The notes: generated by a model from the letters alone, not told the origin. A stretch of DNA of 64,000 nt from Gemmatimonadota bacterium (GCA_039588295.1 JBDHAB010000007.1:1-64000), one strand, 5' to 3'. Numbered from the stretch's first letter, positions 1-7,761 are shown. A program made the numbers and translations.

Positions 1-205
1 GCTGGGCCTTGAGGACATCGGCGAGCCAATACCAGCTACCCGTGGATTCGACGACGGCGCGGTGGGGCCCCGAGAACTGTGCGAAGTAGCGTTGCAGCAG
101 GAGCGGGCTATTGGACACGCGTTGCTGTTTGACGACGTCCCCTTCGGGCCCGTACGTTGTGATGAACGAGTCGCGTTTGTGTTGATCAATGCCGGAGTAC
201 CACAT
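1..205 (-). CDS. IS110-family (DEDD) transposase/recombinase, N-terminal part; runs off the window
   Basis: Hand translation from ATG at 205: MWYSGIDQHKRDSFITTYGPEGDVVKQQRVSNSPLLLQRYFAQFSGPHRAVVESTGSWYWLADVLKAQ. GIDxHK and VVESTG-x-W match the first two acidic motifs of the IS110 RuvC-like domain. Not in the ORF track. Confidence 0.88.
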   Translation of the reverse strand, partial: MWYSGIDQHKRDSFITTYGPEGDVVKQQRVSNSPLLLQRYFAQFSGPHRAVVESTGSWYWLADVLKAQ

Positions 206-206
206 G

Positions 207-278
207 GAAGTGCCTTCTTGGAGTGACGGGGGCAGCCCTTCGTCTAGTCAACGAGACGTTACTCCTTGAGGGCACTTC
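207..278 (-). other. Long stem-loop in the IS110 non-coding end
   Basis: gaagtgccttcttggagtgacg (207-228) matches the reverse complement of 257-278 at 18/22 positions. An inner cgtct/agacg hairpin lies in the loop. The stem ends 1 nt before the transposase ATG. Confidence 0.7.
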
Positions 279-290
279 TTGGAAACATCA

Positions 291-419
291 CGCACCTGAA
301 GCTGCCGCGCGCTGCGTTGACGAAGTGATGACTGTGCCCCGCGCCAGCCTCCCGGCTCCGCGCTGCCTCTGCTTGCAGGGGCGACTCTGCGCTGCCAGGT
401 TAGGCGCTGATGGTTAGCC
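291..419 (+). repeat. attC-like recombination site, R'' end displaced by the IS110
   Basis: L'' gcacctgaagctg pairs with L' caggttaggcgc (10/12 after removing one extrahelical G). A 5-nt spacer follows, then core GTTAGCC (413-419), the exact reverse complement of GGCTAAC (713-719) closing the next cassette. Confidence 0.75.
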
Positions 420-439
420 AGACCTAACAAGGTAGTAAT

Positions 440-707
440 GTGACCGGAGCTGAAGCTGCTGTAGCTGCGGCGATCGCCCAAGCCATCAAAGCCTCGGGCG
501 CGATTGTCCGGGTGGAGCCGGAAGACTTCCTCCGCATTCTCGCCAGGCAGGATGCCCCACTCGTAGTCTGGGCGGGACTTTCGGAGTCGCTTTCAGTATC
601 TCACGGCGTACAAGGGGCTCGTTTTCTTCGCGAAGTCTGCGGCGCCGCTCTACTTGCCTGACAAGACGGAAACCATACAGGCCAAGAAGATCTTGATTCC
701 TTCATGA
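440..707 (+). pseudogene. Frameshifted cassette gene, small hypothetical protein
   Basis: One frame gives MTGAEAAVAAAIAQAIKASGAIVRVEPEDFLRILARQDAPLVVWAG. A shifted frame from ~579 gives FRSRFQYLTAYKGLVFFAKSAAPLYLPDKTETIQAKKILIPS*, whose stop (705-707) lies just before the R'' box at 713. Confidence 0.65.
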
Positions 708-712
708 TGGCC

Positions 713-719
713 GGCTAAC
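713..719 (+). repeat. Isolated attC R'' box (rest of site missing)
   Basis: GGCTAAC 5 nt after a stop codon, complementary to GTTAGCC at 413-419. The next ORF starts at 731. Confidence 0.6.
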
Positions 720-730
720 TGGAGCGAGCT

Positions 731-964
731 ATGGCTGAATCAGCCAAGAGAGTCCGTCAGATCATAGGGGTCGGTGCTGCGGTGTTGATCATTGTTGCCG
801 TTACCGACGTACTCGACGGCGCCTACGTGGACGGTCTGAGAACGACGGCGATCGCTGGGCTCTTTGGTCTCTTGGCCTCCGGGTCTTCCGCCAAGAGTGC
901 TGCACTGCGATGGCTGGCATACGCGCTCGCCCTTGCAGCGATAGTGCTCACGCTCTTAGGGTGA
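731..964 (+). CDS. Small membrane protein (cassette-like ORF)
   Basis: 77 aa, three hydrophobic segments, GGAG upstream. Confidence 0.55.
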   Translation: MAESAKRVRQIIGVGAAVLIIVAVTDVLDGAYVDGLRTTAIAGLFGLLASGSSAKSAALRWLAYALALAAIVLTLLG

Positions 965-1013
965 CGCTGCCACCTTGCGTGATCCTCGATGCGTGCGTCC
1001 TCTGGTGCCTCAG

Positions 1014-1117
1014 ACTGCCAGGCGCGAGCGATTTGAGGAACCCATGACTGTGCCCCGCGCCAGCCTCCTCCTACGCGCTGCCTCCTCTTGCCGCGGCGTG
1101 GCAGCGCGCGTAGCTAG
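1014..1117 (+). repeat. Degenerate second copy of the attC central region
   Basis: atgactgtgccccgcgccagcctcc is identical at 328-352 and 1044-1068, with flanking similarity (cgcgctgcctc, cttgc). R boxes not recognisable. Confidence 0.7.
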
Positions 1118-1193
1118 AGATACAAAGCGGACCTGTCGATCGCGAAGGGTGCACCTGGGGGCACCACACACTTAGTCGGTGGAGGGTAGCAGG

Positions 1194-1418
1194 ATGTCAC
1201 TCTACGAAAGCTTTGACGAGCGCGCGAGGCGGCTTGGCATCGTCGATACCAAGCTCGCACAAGGTGCCGCGATCTTCTCTGTGCTCATTCTTGTCAAGTT
1301 GGTACCTGAGATTATGAATCTCAGCGTCTGGTGGTTCGTGGTGCTAACAGTTGCTTGTGCCATCAAGCCCATGCTCACATTCTTCGGCGCTCGGGACGCT
1401 TCCGTGCGTACGCACTAG
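1194..1418 (+). CDS. Small membrane protein (cassette-like ORF)
   Basis: MSLYESFDERARRLGIVDTKLAQGAAIF..., two hydrophobic helices, GGAGG upstream, followed by an R'' box. Confidence 0.65.
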   Translation: MSLYESFDERARRLGIVDTKLAQGAAIFSVLILVKLVPEIMNLSVWWFVVLTVACAIKPMLTFFGARDASVRTH

Positions 1419-1443
1419 GCACGATAGGTGTGGACGAGAGGCC

Positions 1444-1465
1444 GCCTAACTCGCGCTAGGAGCTG
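1444..1465 (+). repeat. attC left half (R''-L'') truncated by an IS3-like end
   Basis: GCCTAAC (RYYYAAC) followed by tcgcgctaggagctg, resembling the L'' box at 292-304. Confidence 0.6.
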
Positions 1466-1470
1466 CGGGG

Positions 1471-1582
1471 GGAACCTCCCTCACTTTGGTAGACACTTTC
1501 ACCTAACCGGGGGGAGGTGTCGATGGCACGCGCAGGCCCGCGGAAAGTCCGGGCGTACAGCCGCGAGTTCAAGCTGACGGCG
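1471..1582 (+). mobile_element. IS3-family remnant: left terminal repeat and first ~20 codons of orfA
   Basis: ggaacctccctcactttggtagacact resembles IS3-family IRL. GGAGG RBS then MARAGPRKVRAYSREFKLTA, with the YSxEFK start of IS3 OrfA HTH proteins. Confidence 0.65.
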
Positions 1583-2146
1583 CAGGATATGATCGGCGGG
1601 CTCACCACGTACGCAGAGGACTTTCCTGCTCCCCCGGTTCCCGCGGCGGAGCTCCAGGCCGCGCTGGCCGCGTACGTCACTGCACGTGAAGGCGCGGTCG
1701 CCGGCTCGGCCGCCGCCGCGCAAGGCACGGCGGCTAAGGACGAAGCGCTCCAGAACCTCAGCGATCTCATGAAGGCCGACATCCGCTACGCCGAGAACAG
1801 CACCAAGTTCGACGACGGCAAGCTCCGGCTCATCGGCTGGGGTGGACGGAAATCGAAAACGTCACTGGAATCCCCGGGGCAGGTGCGTTCGCTGGAGATC
1901 CTCCGCGAGGGCGAGGGATGGATCCTGCTCGACTGGAAGCATCCGGTGGACGGTGGCAAGGTCTCCGCATACCGGATCCAGCGCCGCGAGCGGGCGGCAG
2001 GATCGTGGATGGACGCCGGCGTTGCCGTCGACGCGGAGGTGACTCTGAACAGCCAGCAGCGCGGCATCGACTTCGAATACCGCGTGATGGCCGTGAACAA
2101 GGCTGGCGAGGGCAAGCCCAGCAACATCGTGACGGCGGTGCTATGA
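1523..2146 (+). CDS. Fibronectin type III domain protein with IS3 OrfA-derived N-terminus
   Basis: C-terminal FN3 signature (LDWKHP...YRIQRR...YRVMAVNKAGEGKPS) preceded by a helical region. Confidence 0.75.
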   Translation: MARAGPRKVRAYSREFKLTAQDMIGGLTTYAEDFPAPPVPAAELQAALAAYVTAREGAVAGSAAAAQGTAAKDEALQNLSDLMKADIRYAENSTKFDDGKLRLIGWGGRKSKTSLESPGQVRSLEILREGEGWILLDWKHPVDGGKVSAYRIQRRERAAGSWMDAGVAVDAEVTLNSQQRGIDFEYRVMAVNKAGEGKPSNIVTAVL

Positions 2147-2463
2147 CGCGCCTCAATACTGAATACCAGAATGAGGGCGGCCATACGGCCGCCCTCCAAG
2201 TGGCGCGTGAGTCCACTGCGTCATCATGGGCCTTCACCTTGGAACCCGTCGCGGTGATCAACGGGACCATCACCATTTTGGAAGCGGCCATCGCCCTCGC
2301 CGTCGGCTTCGGACTCGACTGGTCGGCCGAACAGGTGGGCCTCGTGATGGCGGTCGTCGTCGCGGTCGGCAACCTGATCAAAACGATTTGGGCGCGCGGG
2401 CAGGTGACACCGGTGGCAGCGCCGCGGGATAATCAGGGGCGGGAGTTAATGGCGGCGGGCTAG
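2143..2463 (+). CDS. Small two-helix membrane protein, holin-like
   Basis: ATGA overlap with the upstream stop. EPVAV...ALAVGFGLDWSAEQVGLVMAVV...ARGQVTPV. Confidence 0.55.
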   Translation: MTRLNTEYQNEGGHTAALQVARESTASSWAFTLEPVAVINGTITILEAAIALAVGFGLDWSAEQVGLVMAVVVAVGNLIKTIWARGQVTPVAAPRDNQGRELMAAG

Positions 2464-2496
2464 ATCCTTGGGCCTACAACGTAGGCCACCGTGAGG

Positions 2497-3381
2497 CTAT
2501 TGCCAAGCCCAACCGGCGGCAGCTGCGGTCGACGCAGCTTGTTCTTCTATCCACGCCGTTACGCGCTGGTCCGGAAGTAAGCCTGTTCCATCCGCAACGT
2601 ACGACAAATCCTTCAACACCTCGTCGTAGTGCCCGAAGCCAAACAATCGAAAAGGAATGACAATGACCCGGCGACCGGCGTTGGTCTCGTCTTGGGCAAA
2701 CGCGCGGATCCGTTGCTCCGCCGGCTCGCGCTTGGCTGGCCAGTCCTCCCGGAGCGTTTCGACTCGGACAGCATGAAACCCAGCCTGGCGAAGCTGTTCG
2801 GAATGCCGGTCAATCTTGACCCACAGCAGATCGTTGGCCGGTTCGGAGAACATGCCGTGAGCCAGGATGAGAACAGATTCTGAAGCGGGATCGTTTGACA
2901 GCCGCTGAGCTCTTTCGGCGAGCACTGTGCCCACCCACTCGGCATCGACCAAGCCTTCATCACTGATTGCGAACTCGGCCGTATGTCTGATCGGTGGAAG
3001 CGTCGGTTCGCCCGCCTGGGCGGTTGGAGGGTCATCACGGAGACCCAGGAGATACTCAGTGCGGTGTCGGAACGAGGATCCTGAGATAAACAGGCGGACG
3101 ACTGCAACCCGCGACATGCCGGATCGCTCCAGGCTGTCAACCGCCGCCTGCAACGCATCTCGCTCGGCCATACCGAATGCGACGGTGACGGCTGTACGTC
3201 GGCGGATGGGCCGGACCGCCTCCTGGACCGCCTTGTTCCATTCAGGCTCACCGCCGTGGGCCATCACGAGGATACCCATGTCGTCGCTGAGTGGGACTGG
3301 CGGTTGGCTCTGCCGGATCTGGGTCGTACAACCCATCGTCGCAACCGTCAAGATCGCACCCTGAAAGATGCGTCGGATCAT
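2497..3381 (-). CDS. CbiX/SirB-like chelatase-fold protein, probable lipoprotein
   Basis: Two ILxxAHG motifs (ILVMAHGG, LILAHGM), VAFGM, VVRLFIS. MIRRIFQGAILTVATMGC resembles a lipoprotein signal. Start chosen by inspection. Confidence 0.75.
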   Translation of the reverse strand: MIRRIFQGAILTVATMGCTTQIRQSQPPVPLSDDMGILVMAHGGEPEWNKAVQEAVRPIRRRTAVTVAFGMAERDALQAAVDSLERSGMSRVAVVRLFISGSSFRHRTEYLLGLRDDPPTAQAGEPTLPPIRHTAEFAISDEGLVDAEWVGTVLAERAQRLSNDPASESVLILAHGMFSEPANDLLWVKIDRHSEQLRQAGFHAVRVETLREDWPAKREPAEQRIRAFAQDETNAGRRVIVIPFRLFGFGHYDEVLKDLSYVADGTGLLPDQRVTAWIEEQAASTAAAAGWAWQ

Positions 3382-3664
3382 AGGCAGTCTCGGCAGACGC
3401 ACGGTCTCGGAGAAAACAATAGCTGAGGGCATCATCCGTTCTTGTGATCGCGCACGGCGTGCGCAGACTAAGATCACCGGTTCGCCGGTGGTCGGCAAAG
3501 CTGGGTGATCGCGCGCGCTGACCAGTTCATATCACCCGTTTGCCCGGTCCAGGTTCCGCACTCAAGGGCGGCTATATCACAGCGCGTAGGCCGCTTGCGC
3601 TTGAGCGGCAGAATGGTGCGCACCGTGCGGGTCTCCCCACCAACAGATCATACCGGAGCCCTTC

Positions 3665-4405
3665 TTGAGTGGAAGCGTCCGTGGACCGACGCCGCGTGAG
3701 ATTGTCCAGGCCTCGCACTGCGGACATGCAGGTGCACGTACCGCACGGGCAAAAGCGTCCTCCCCAACCGCGGACTTTCTGCGGGGCGTGTGGCGGGAGA
3801 ACCCGGTATTCCGGCAGGTACTGGGACTGTGTCCGGCTCTGGCCGTCACCAACACCGTGGCGAACAGCCTTGCCATGGGCGTCGCCACGCTGTTCGTGCT
3901 CACCGGATCGAGTTTCCTGGTCTCGACGCTGCGACGTGCCATCCCCCATGAGGTACGGATTTCGAGCTACGTGCTGATCATCGCCACATTCGTCACCATC
4001 GCCGAGATGCTGATGGAGGCTGTGGTGCCCAAGGTGCACCATGCCCTCGGAGCCTTTGTCTACCTCATTGTCGTCAACTGTATGATCCTCAGTCGCCAGG
4101 AAGCCTTCGCCTTGAGGCAGCCGGTGGGGCGCGCAGTGCTCGATGCGCTGGGAACCGGTCTCGGCTTCCTGTTGGCGCTGCTCCTGATGGGCGGCATTCG
4201 AGAGGTCCTCGGTCAGGGCACGCTCTTGGGGGTGAGCCTCTTCGGTCCGTCCTATGAGCCTTGGGTGATGATGATCCTGCCGCCTGGCGGCTTCTTCACA
4301 ATCGGGTTCCTGCTGCTCGGTTTGGGATGGGTCGCGCAGCGACAGGCTGTCAGGAGGAAAGCGAAGGAACGGCTGATCTGGATGGCAGCGGGGAGCGCGG
4401 CGTAA
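3665..4405 (+). CDS. rnfE: Rnf/Rsx electron transport complex subunit E (start uncertain)
   Basis: ENPVFRQVLGLCPALAVT, LIVVNC, ILPPGGF motifs. Confidence 0.9.
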   Translation: MSGSVRGPTPREIVQASHCGHAGARTARAKASSPTADFLRGVWRENPVFRQVLGLCPALAVTNTVANSLAMGVATLFVLTGSSFLVSTLRRAIPHEVRISSYVLIIATFVTIAEMLMEAVVPKVHHALGAFVYLIVVNCMILSRQEAFALRQPVGRAVLDALGTGLGFLLALLLMGGIREVLGQGTLLGVSLFGPSYEPWVMMILPPGGFFTIGFLLLGLGWVAQRQAVRRKAKERLIWMAAGSAA

Positions 4406-4983
4406 TGGACGGGTTGGTGTGGATCTTCGTTTCCGCAATGGTGGTGAACAACTTCACGTTCTCCTACTTCCTCGGCCTGTGTCCCTTCATGGGGGTATCG
4501 GCGAGAGTCTCTACAGCAGTGCGGATGGGGGCCGCGGACACGTTCGTGCTGCTCGTGACCGCGGTGTGCGCCTGGGTGCTCAACACGTTGCTTCTCCCCT
4601 ACGCTCCATTCCTCCGGCTCATCTCCTTCATCGTCGTGATCGCGTCGGTGGTGCAGATCGTGGAGATGGTGATCAAGAAACTGAGCCCGCGCCTGTTTCG
4701 AGAATTGGGCGTGTTCCTCCCGCTCATCACCACGAACTGCGCGATCCTGTACCTCGCGATCTTTCAGACCAATCGCGGCTATGACTTTCTCGAGGGCATC
4801 TTCTTCGCCTTGGGAGCCGGAGCGGGCCTCACCCTCGCCTTGGTCCTCATGGCCGCCGTCCGAGAGCAGATCGAGTTCGCGAACGTCCCGCAGTTCGCGA
4901 AGGGCACGGCCGTTGTGTTCATCATCGCTGGGATTCTGTCGCTGGCGTTCATGGGATTCAGCGGACTGTTGAGCGCTGTATGA
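4405..4983 (+). CDS. rnfA: Rnf/Rsx electron transport complex subunit A
   Basis: VNNFTFSYFLGLCPFMGVS, LPLITTNC, AGILSLAFMGF. TAATG overlap with rnfE. Confidence 0.92.
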   Translation: MDGLVWIFVSAMVVNNFTFSYFLGLCPFMGVSARVSTAVRMGAADTFVLLVTAVCAWVLNTLLLPYAPFLRLISFIVVIASVVQIVEMVIKKLSPRLFRELGVFLPLITTNCAILYLAIFQTNRGYDFLEGIFFALGAGAGLTLALVLMAAVREQIEFANVPQFAKGTAVVFIIAGILSLAFMGFSGLLSAV

Positions 4984-5183
4984 CTGCCGTCTTGGGAGTG
5001 GCGATCCTGGCGGTGCTGTTCGGGCTGGCTGGGGCGTTGCGGCTGAAGCTGGGCCGGCGCACAGGGTGCCACGGTGACGCCGGACAACAAGACGGCGCTG
5101 CCTGCGGTGCCTGCCGGGCCTCGGGAGAGGAAGTCCCCGGCTGCGAAGCCGCTGGGGCAATTGCCCCGAAACCGCGGGCGTGA
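4980..5183 (+). CDS. Small membrane-anchored Cys-rich protein
   Basis: N-terminal TM helix, then GCHG...CGAC...GC. ATGA overlap with the rnfA stop. Confidence 0.6.
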   Translation: MTAVLGVAILAVLFGLAGALRLKLGRRTGCHGDAGQQDGAACGACRASGEEVPGCEAAGAIAPKPRA

Positions 5184-5317
5184 GCCCCGCGACGTCCAAG
5201 GTGGCCGGCCCCCTGGCTGATCCGTAAATGCTTTATGCGCAGAACGTTGGCTGACGCACACGCGCGAGGCACCACCCTTGCCACCCTTCCGTGTTCGTGC
5301 ACTTCGATGGAGGACCG

Positions 5318-5968
5318 GTGCTGACGGGACAAACCTACGACTACGGCCTCTGGGGGATGGTGGCGTTCAACGTCGCGATTTTCAGTGCGTTCGTGATAGG
5401 CTTGCTCCGCCCGCGGCGCAACGTGGAGTGGCGGTCGCTAGGCGTTTTCTCTGGATTCATCGTGGCGCTGTTCGCCGAGATGTATGGATTCCCCCTGACG
5501 ATCTATTTGCTGAGCAGTGCGCTGGGCTCGGAACTTGGAGGCGGGAGCCCGTTCGGGCACCTACAGGGGCATCTATTGGCGACCCTGTTTGGCCTGCCTG
5601 TCTGGGCAACGCTGGTGGTCTGCCAGATTGGGGCAATCCTCATGGCGTTCGGGCTGTGGATCATGTGGAAGGCATGGCGTCAGATCCATGGGGCAAACGG
5701 TGCGTTGGTGACGGATGGGGTATACGCGCGCGTGAGGCACCCACAGTACAGCGGTCTGTTCCTGATCACTGTTGGCATGCTCATCCAGTGGCCGACCGCT
5801 CTGACCCTGCTCATGTGGCCACTGCTGGGCTGGACCTACTACCGGTTGGCGATGCGTGAAGAGGCAGAGATGCTCGCGCAGTTCGGCAAGGCCTACGAGG
5901 CGTACCGTCGCCGAGTGCCCGCGTTCGTGCCGTCCCTCGGGCTCTGGTCAGCCGAGCAGGCGGCGTAG
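5318..5968 (+). CDS. Isoprenylcysteine carboxylmethyltransferase (ICMT/PEMT)-family membrane protein
   Basis: LVTDGVYARVRHPQYSG and EE...FG..YEAY motifs. ALFAEMYGFPLTIY is typical of the metal-island subfamily. GTG after GGAGG. Confidence 0.85.
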   Translation: MLTGQTYDYGLWGMVAFNVAIFSAFVIGLLRPRRNVEWRSLGVFSGFIVALFAEMYGFPLTIYLLSSALGSELGGGSPFGHLQGHLLATLFGLPVWATLVVCQIGAILMAFGLWIMWKAWRQIHGANGALVTDGVYARVRHPQYSGLFLITVGMLIQWPTALTLLMWPLLGWTYYRLAMREEAEMLAQFGKAYEAYRRRVPAFVPSLGLWSAEQAA

Positions 5969-5979
5969 GCCAAGGAGGT

Positions 5980-6174
5980 ATGGAGATGATCGACTGGTTA
6001 CGTGAGAACTGGTTTTGGCTGACGGTGGTGGTGCTGTTCTTCTGGATGCATGGGAAAATGCACGGCGGCCACGGCAGCCACGGGAGCCACGGCGGATGTG
6101 GTGGGCATCACAAGGGGCAGAGTCACGAGGATCGGGAACCTCCCGAAGGAGAAACACACCATGCTGGACATTAA
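5980..6174 (+). CDS. His-rich small membrane protein (DUF2933-like)
   Basis: One TM helix, then MHGKMHGGHGSHGSHGGCGGHH. AAGGAGG RBS. Confidence 0.75.
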   Translation: MEMIDWLRENWFWLTVVVLFFWMHGKMHGGHGSHGSHGGCGGHHKGQSHEDREPPEGETHHAGH

Positions 6175-6421
6175 GGTGGTTACGTGGTCCCTCGGCATTT
6201 TCGGGGCCGTCACCTTCGTCGTGTGCGTCTTGTATGGGCTGATCGCGCCCGAGTCGCTGCACATGTCGCGAGGCTTGGAAGTCGCGTTGCCGGGGTTCCG
6301 CTGGCTGACAGTCTTCGGATTTCTGCTCGGGCTAGTGGAGTCGTTCCTTTACGGGGTGTACGCGGGATTGGTGTTCGTTCCGATCTACAATGCAGTGTGG
6401 AAGCGCACCCGCCGGTCATGA
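6161..6421 (+). CDS. Small membrane protein (DUF5676-like)
   Basis: FVVCVLYGL...LH...LPGFRWLT..GFLLGLVESFLYG. AAGGAG RBS. Confidence 0.75.
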   Translation: MLDIKVVTWSLGIFGAVTFVVCVLYGLIAPESLHMSRGLEVALPGFRWLTVFGFLLGLVESFLYGVYAGLVFVPIYNAVWKRTRRS

Positions 6422-6494
6422 CGGCGTGCGGGTTGCGAAGAACTGAACCGGCCGGACCGATGGTTCGGTCATTCCGAGAGGTGGGTAGTGGCTG

Positions 6495-6659
6495 ATGATG
6501 TCTATTGGACATACGTGGTGGATGTTCGGTTTATGGGTCCTGGTCATTGGCGCGTGCGCGTGGCTGATATGGACCCATTGGGCGGTCGGGCTCGTGGATC
6601 GGCTTACAGAACATGATGTCGACGGCGAGATCGATGACCACGAGTACAGGGAGCGATAG
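6495..6659 (+). CDS. Small TM + SHOCT-like protein (54 aa, below the ORF-track cutoff)
   Basis: MMSIGHTWWMFGLWVLVIGACAWLIW...RLTEHDVDGEIDDHEYRER*. GEIDxxEY is the SHOCT signature. Confidence 0.55.
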   Translation: MMSIGHTWWMFGLWVLVIGACAWLIWTHWAVGLVDRLTEHDVDGEIDDHEYRER

Positions 6660-6704
6660 CCGTTCTCGAAAGCTACGATTCTTGAGGACTGAGGAACCCT
6701 GAGG

Positions 6705-7730
6705 ATGAACTCGAAACGCGGCCAGGCTCCGGGGGGGGTCTTGCGCTCGCTGGGCGAGCGCACGGCGTTGGATGCGCTGGACTACTCGGTGCCTGCCCGG
6801 GCTAACCGATTGGACTTCATGCTGGGCGGGTCGACGCTCGCGGCACTGGTGCTGCTGGGGCTCACAGGCATCGTGCTCACCCAGTTTTACAACCCATCGC
6901 CCGTGGGTGCGCACGAGTCGATTCGCTACGTCATCACGAGCGAACCGTTGGTGGCGCTGTTGCGCGACGTGCACGTGTGGGGGGCTACGGCTGCCCTCGT
7001 GTTAGTGTTCACCCACCTGGCAGCGGTGTTTTGGAGGCGTGGGTTTCGCCAGCCTCGCGAGGGGCTCTGGTGGAGCGGCGTTCTTCTGCTGGCGCTGCTG
7101 TTCGGACTCGCGTTCACGGGTTCGGTGCTGCGGGCTGACCAAGAGGCCGTCGAGGCTTTGGCACATGCGGTCGCTGGCGCTGACGCCGCCGGACCACTCG
7201 GGGCGCCGCTCAAGGCCGACTTCACACCGTCGAGCCCACTGCTCACGCGGATGTACGGGGCGCATGTGTCGGTGCTACCGCTTGCGCTGGTGACATTGCT
7301 CGCGTTGCATCTGTGGTTGATTCGCCACCTCGGTGTGAGTGCGACCGGTCACGTGCGTGTCGCGTTCCGCACGCACCTGCGTCTCTTGGGCGGAATCTCG
7401 CTGTTGGTGGTGGCCGCGGTGACGTTGGCTGCGATCGCCTCCCCTGGCTCACTTCTCGCACCGGGAGTGGAGGGCTTCGAGGTCACCAAGCCCCACTGGA
7501 CGTTCTTGTGGATCTACGCGGCCGAAAACCTGTTTGGGATGCGCGGCATGTTGGCCGCGCCCGCCGTGCTCTTTGGATTCATGGCCGTGGTCCCGTTGAC
7601 GGATCGGGAAGATGGAACGCTCGCCACGGCAACGCGTGCGTTGGGCGTGGTGCTCGGCGTCCTGATGATCGCAGCGATCGTCTACGCGGCGCTTGCCCCG
7701 GCCCAATCACACATCGGAGCGGGAATGTGA
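6705..7730 (+). CDS. Cytochrome b/b6-family membrane protein
   Basis: LTGIVLTQFY. Haem-ligand His pairs in RDVH...TH and AH...LH. PHWT at the PEWY position. Confidence 0.85.
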   Translation: MNSKRGQAPGGVLRSLGERTALDALDYSVPARANRLDFMLGGSTLAALVLLGLTGIVLTQFYNPSPVGAHESIRYVITSEPLVALLRDVHVWGATAALVLVFTHLAAVFWRRGFRQPREGLWWSGVLLLALLFGLAFTGSVLRADQEAVEALAHAVAGADAAGPLGAPLKADFTPSSPLLTRMYGAHVSVLPLALVTLLALHLWLIRHLGVSATGHVRVAFRTHLRLLGGISLLVVAAVTLAAIASPGSLLAPGVEGFEVTKPHWTFLWIYAAENLFGMRGMLAAPAVLFGFMAVVPLTDREDGTLATATRALGVVLGVLMIAAIVYAALAPAQSHIGAGM

Positions 7731-7761
7731 GTATGGCGAGACAAGAAAGGATGGGGGGAAT

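Larger units (their letters stand above)
1..290 (-). mobile_element. Left end of an IS110-family element inserted into an attC site
   Basis: Transposase plus about 85 nt of upstream non-coding sequence. At ~291 the sequence becomes an attC L'' box with no R'' box before it. Exact boundary inferred. Confidence 0.7.

Noticed and set aside
223..1175. ORFs 223-417 and 975-1175 sharing MTVPRASL
   Set aside because: The shared peptide is just translation of the attC-like DNA repeat.
3556..3608. Imperfect hairpin (ctcaag...cttgag) between the cbiX-like gene and rnfE as another attC
   Set aside because: No R''/R' boxes and no similarity to the attC family at 291-419.
659..5183. Other TGA stops (661, 964, 5183) as selenocysteine candidates
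   Set aside because: No adjacent redox-Cys context, no convincing domain continuation and no hairpin seen at the SECIS distance.
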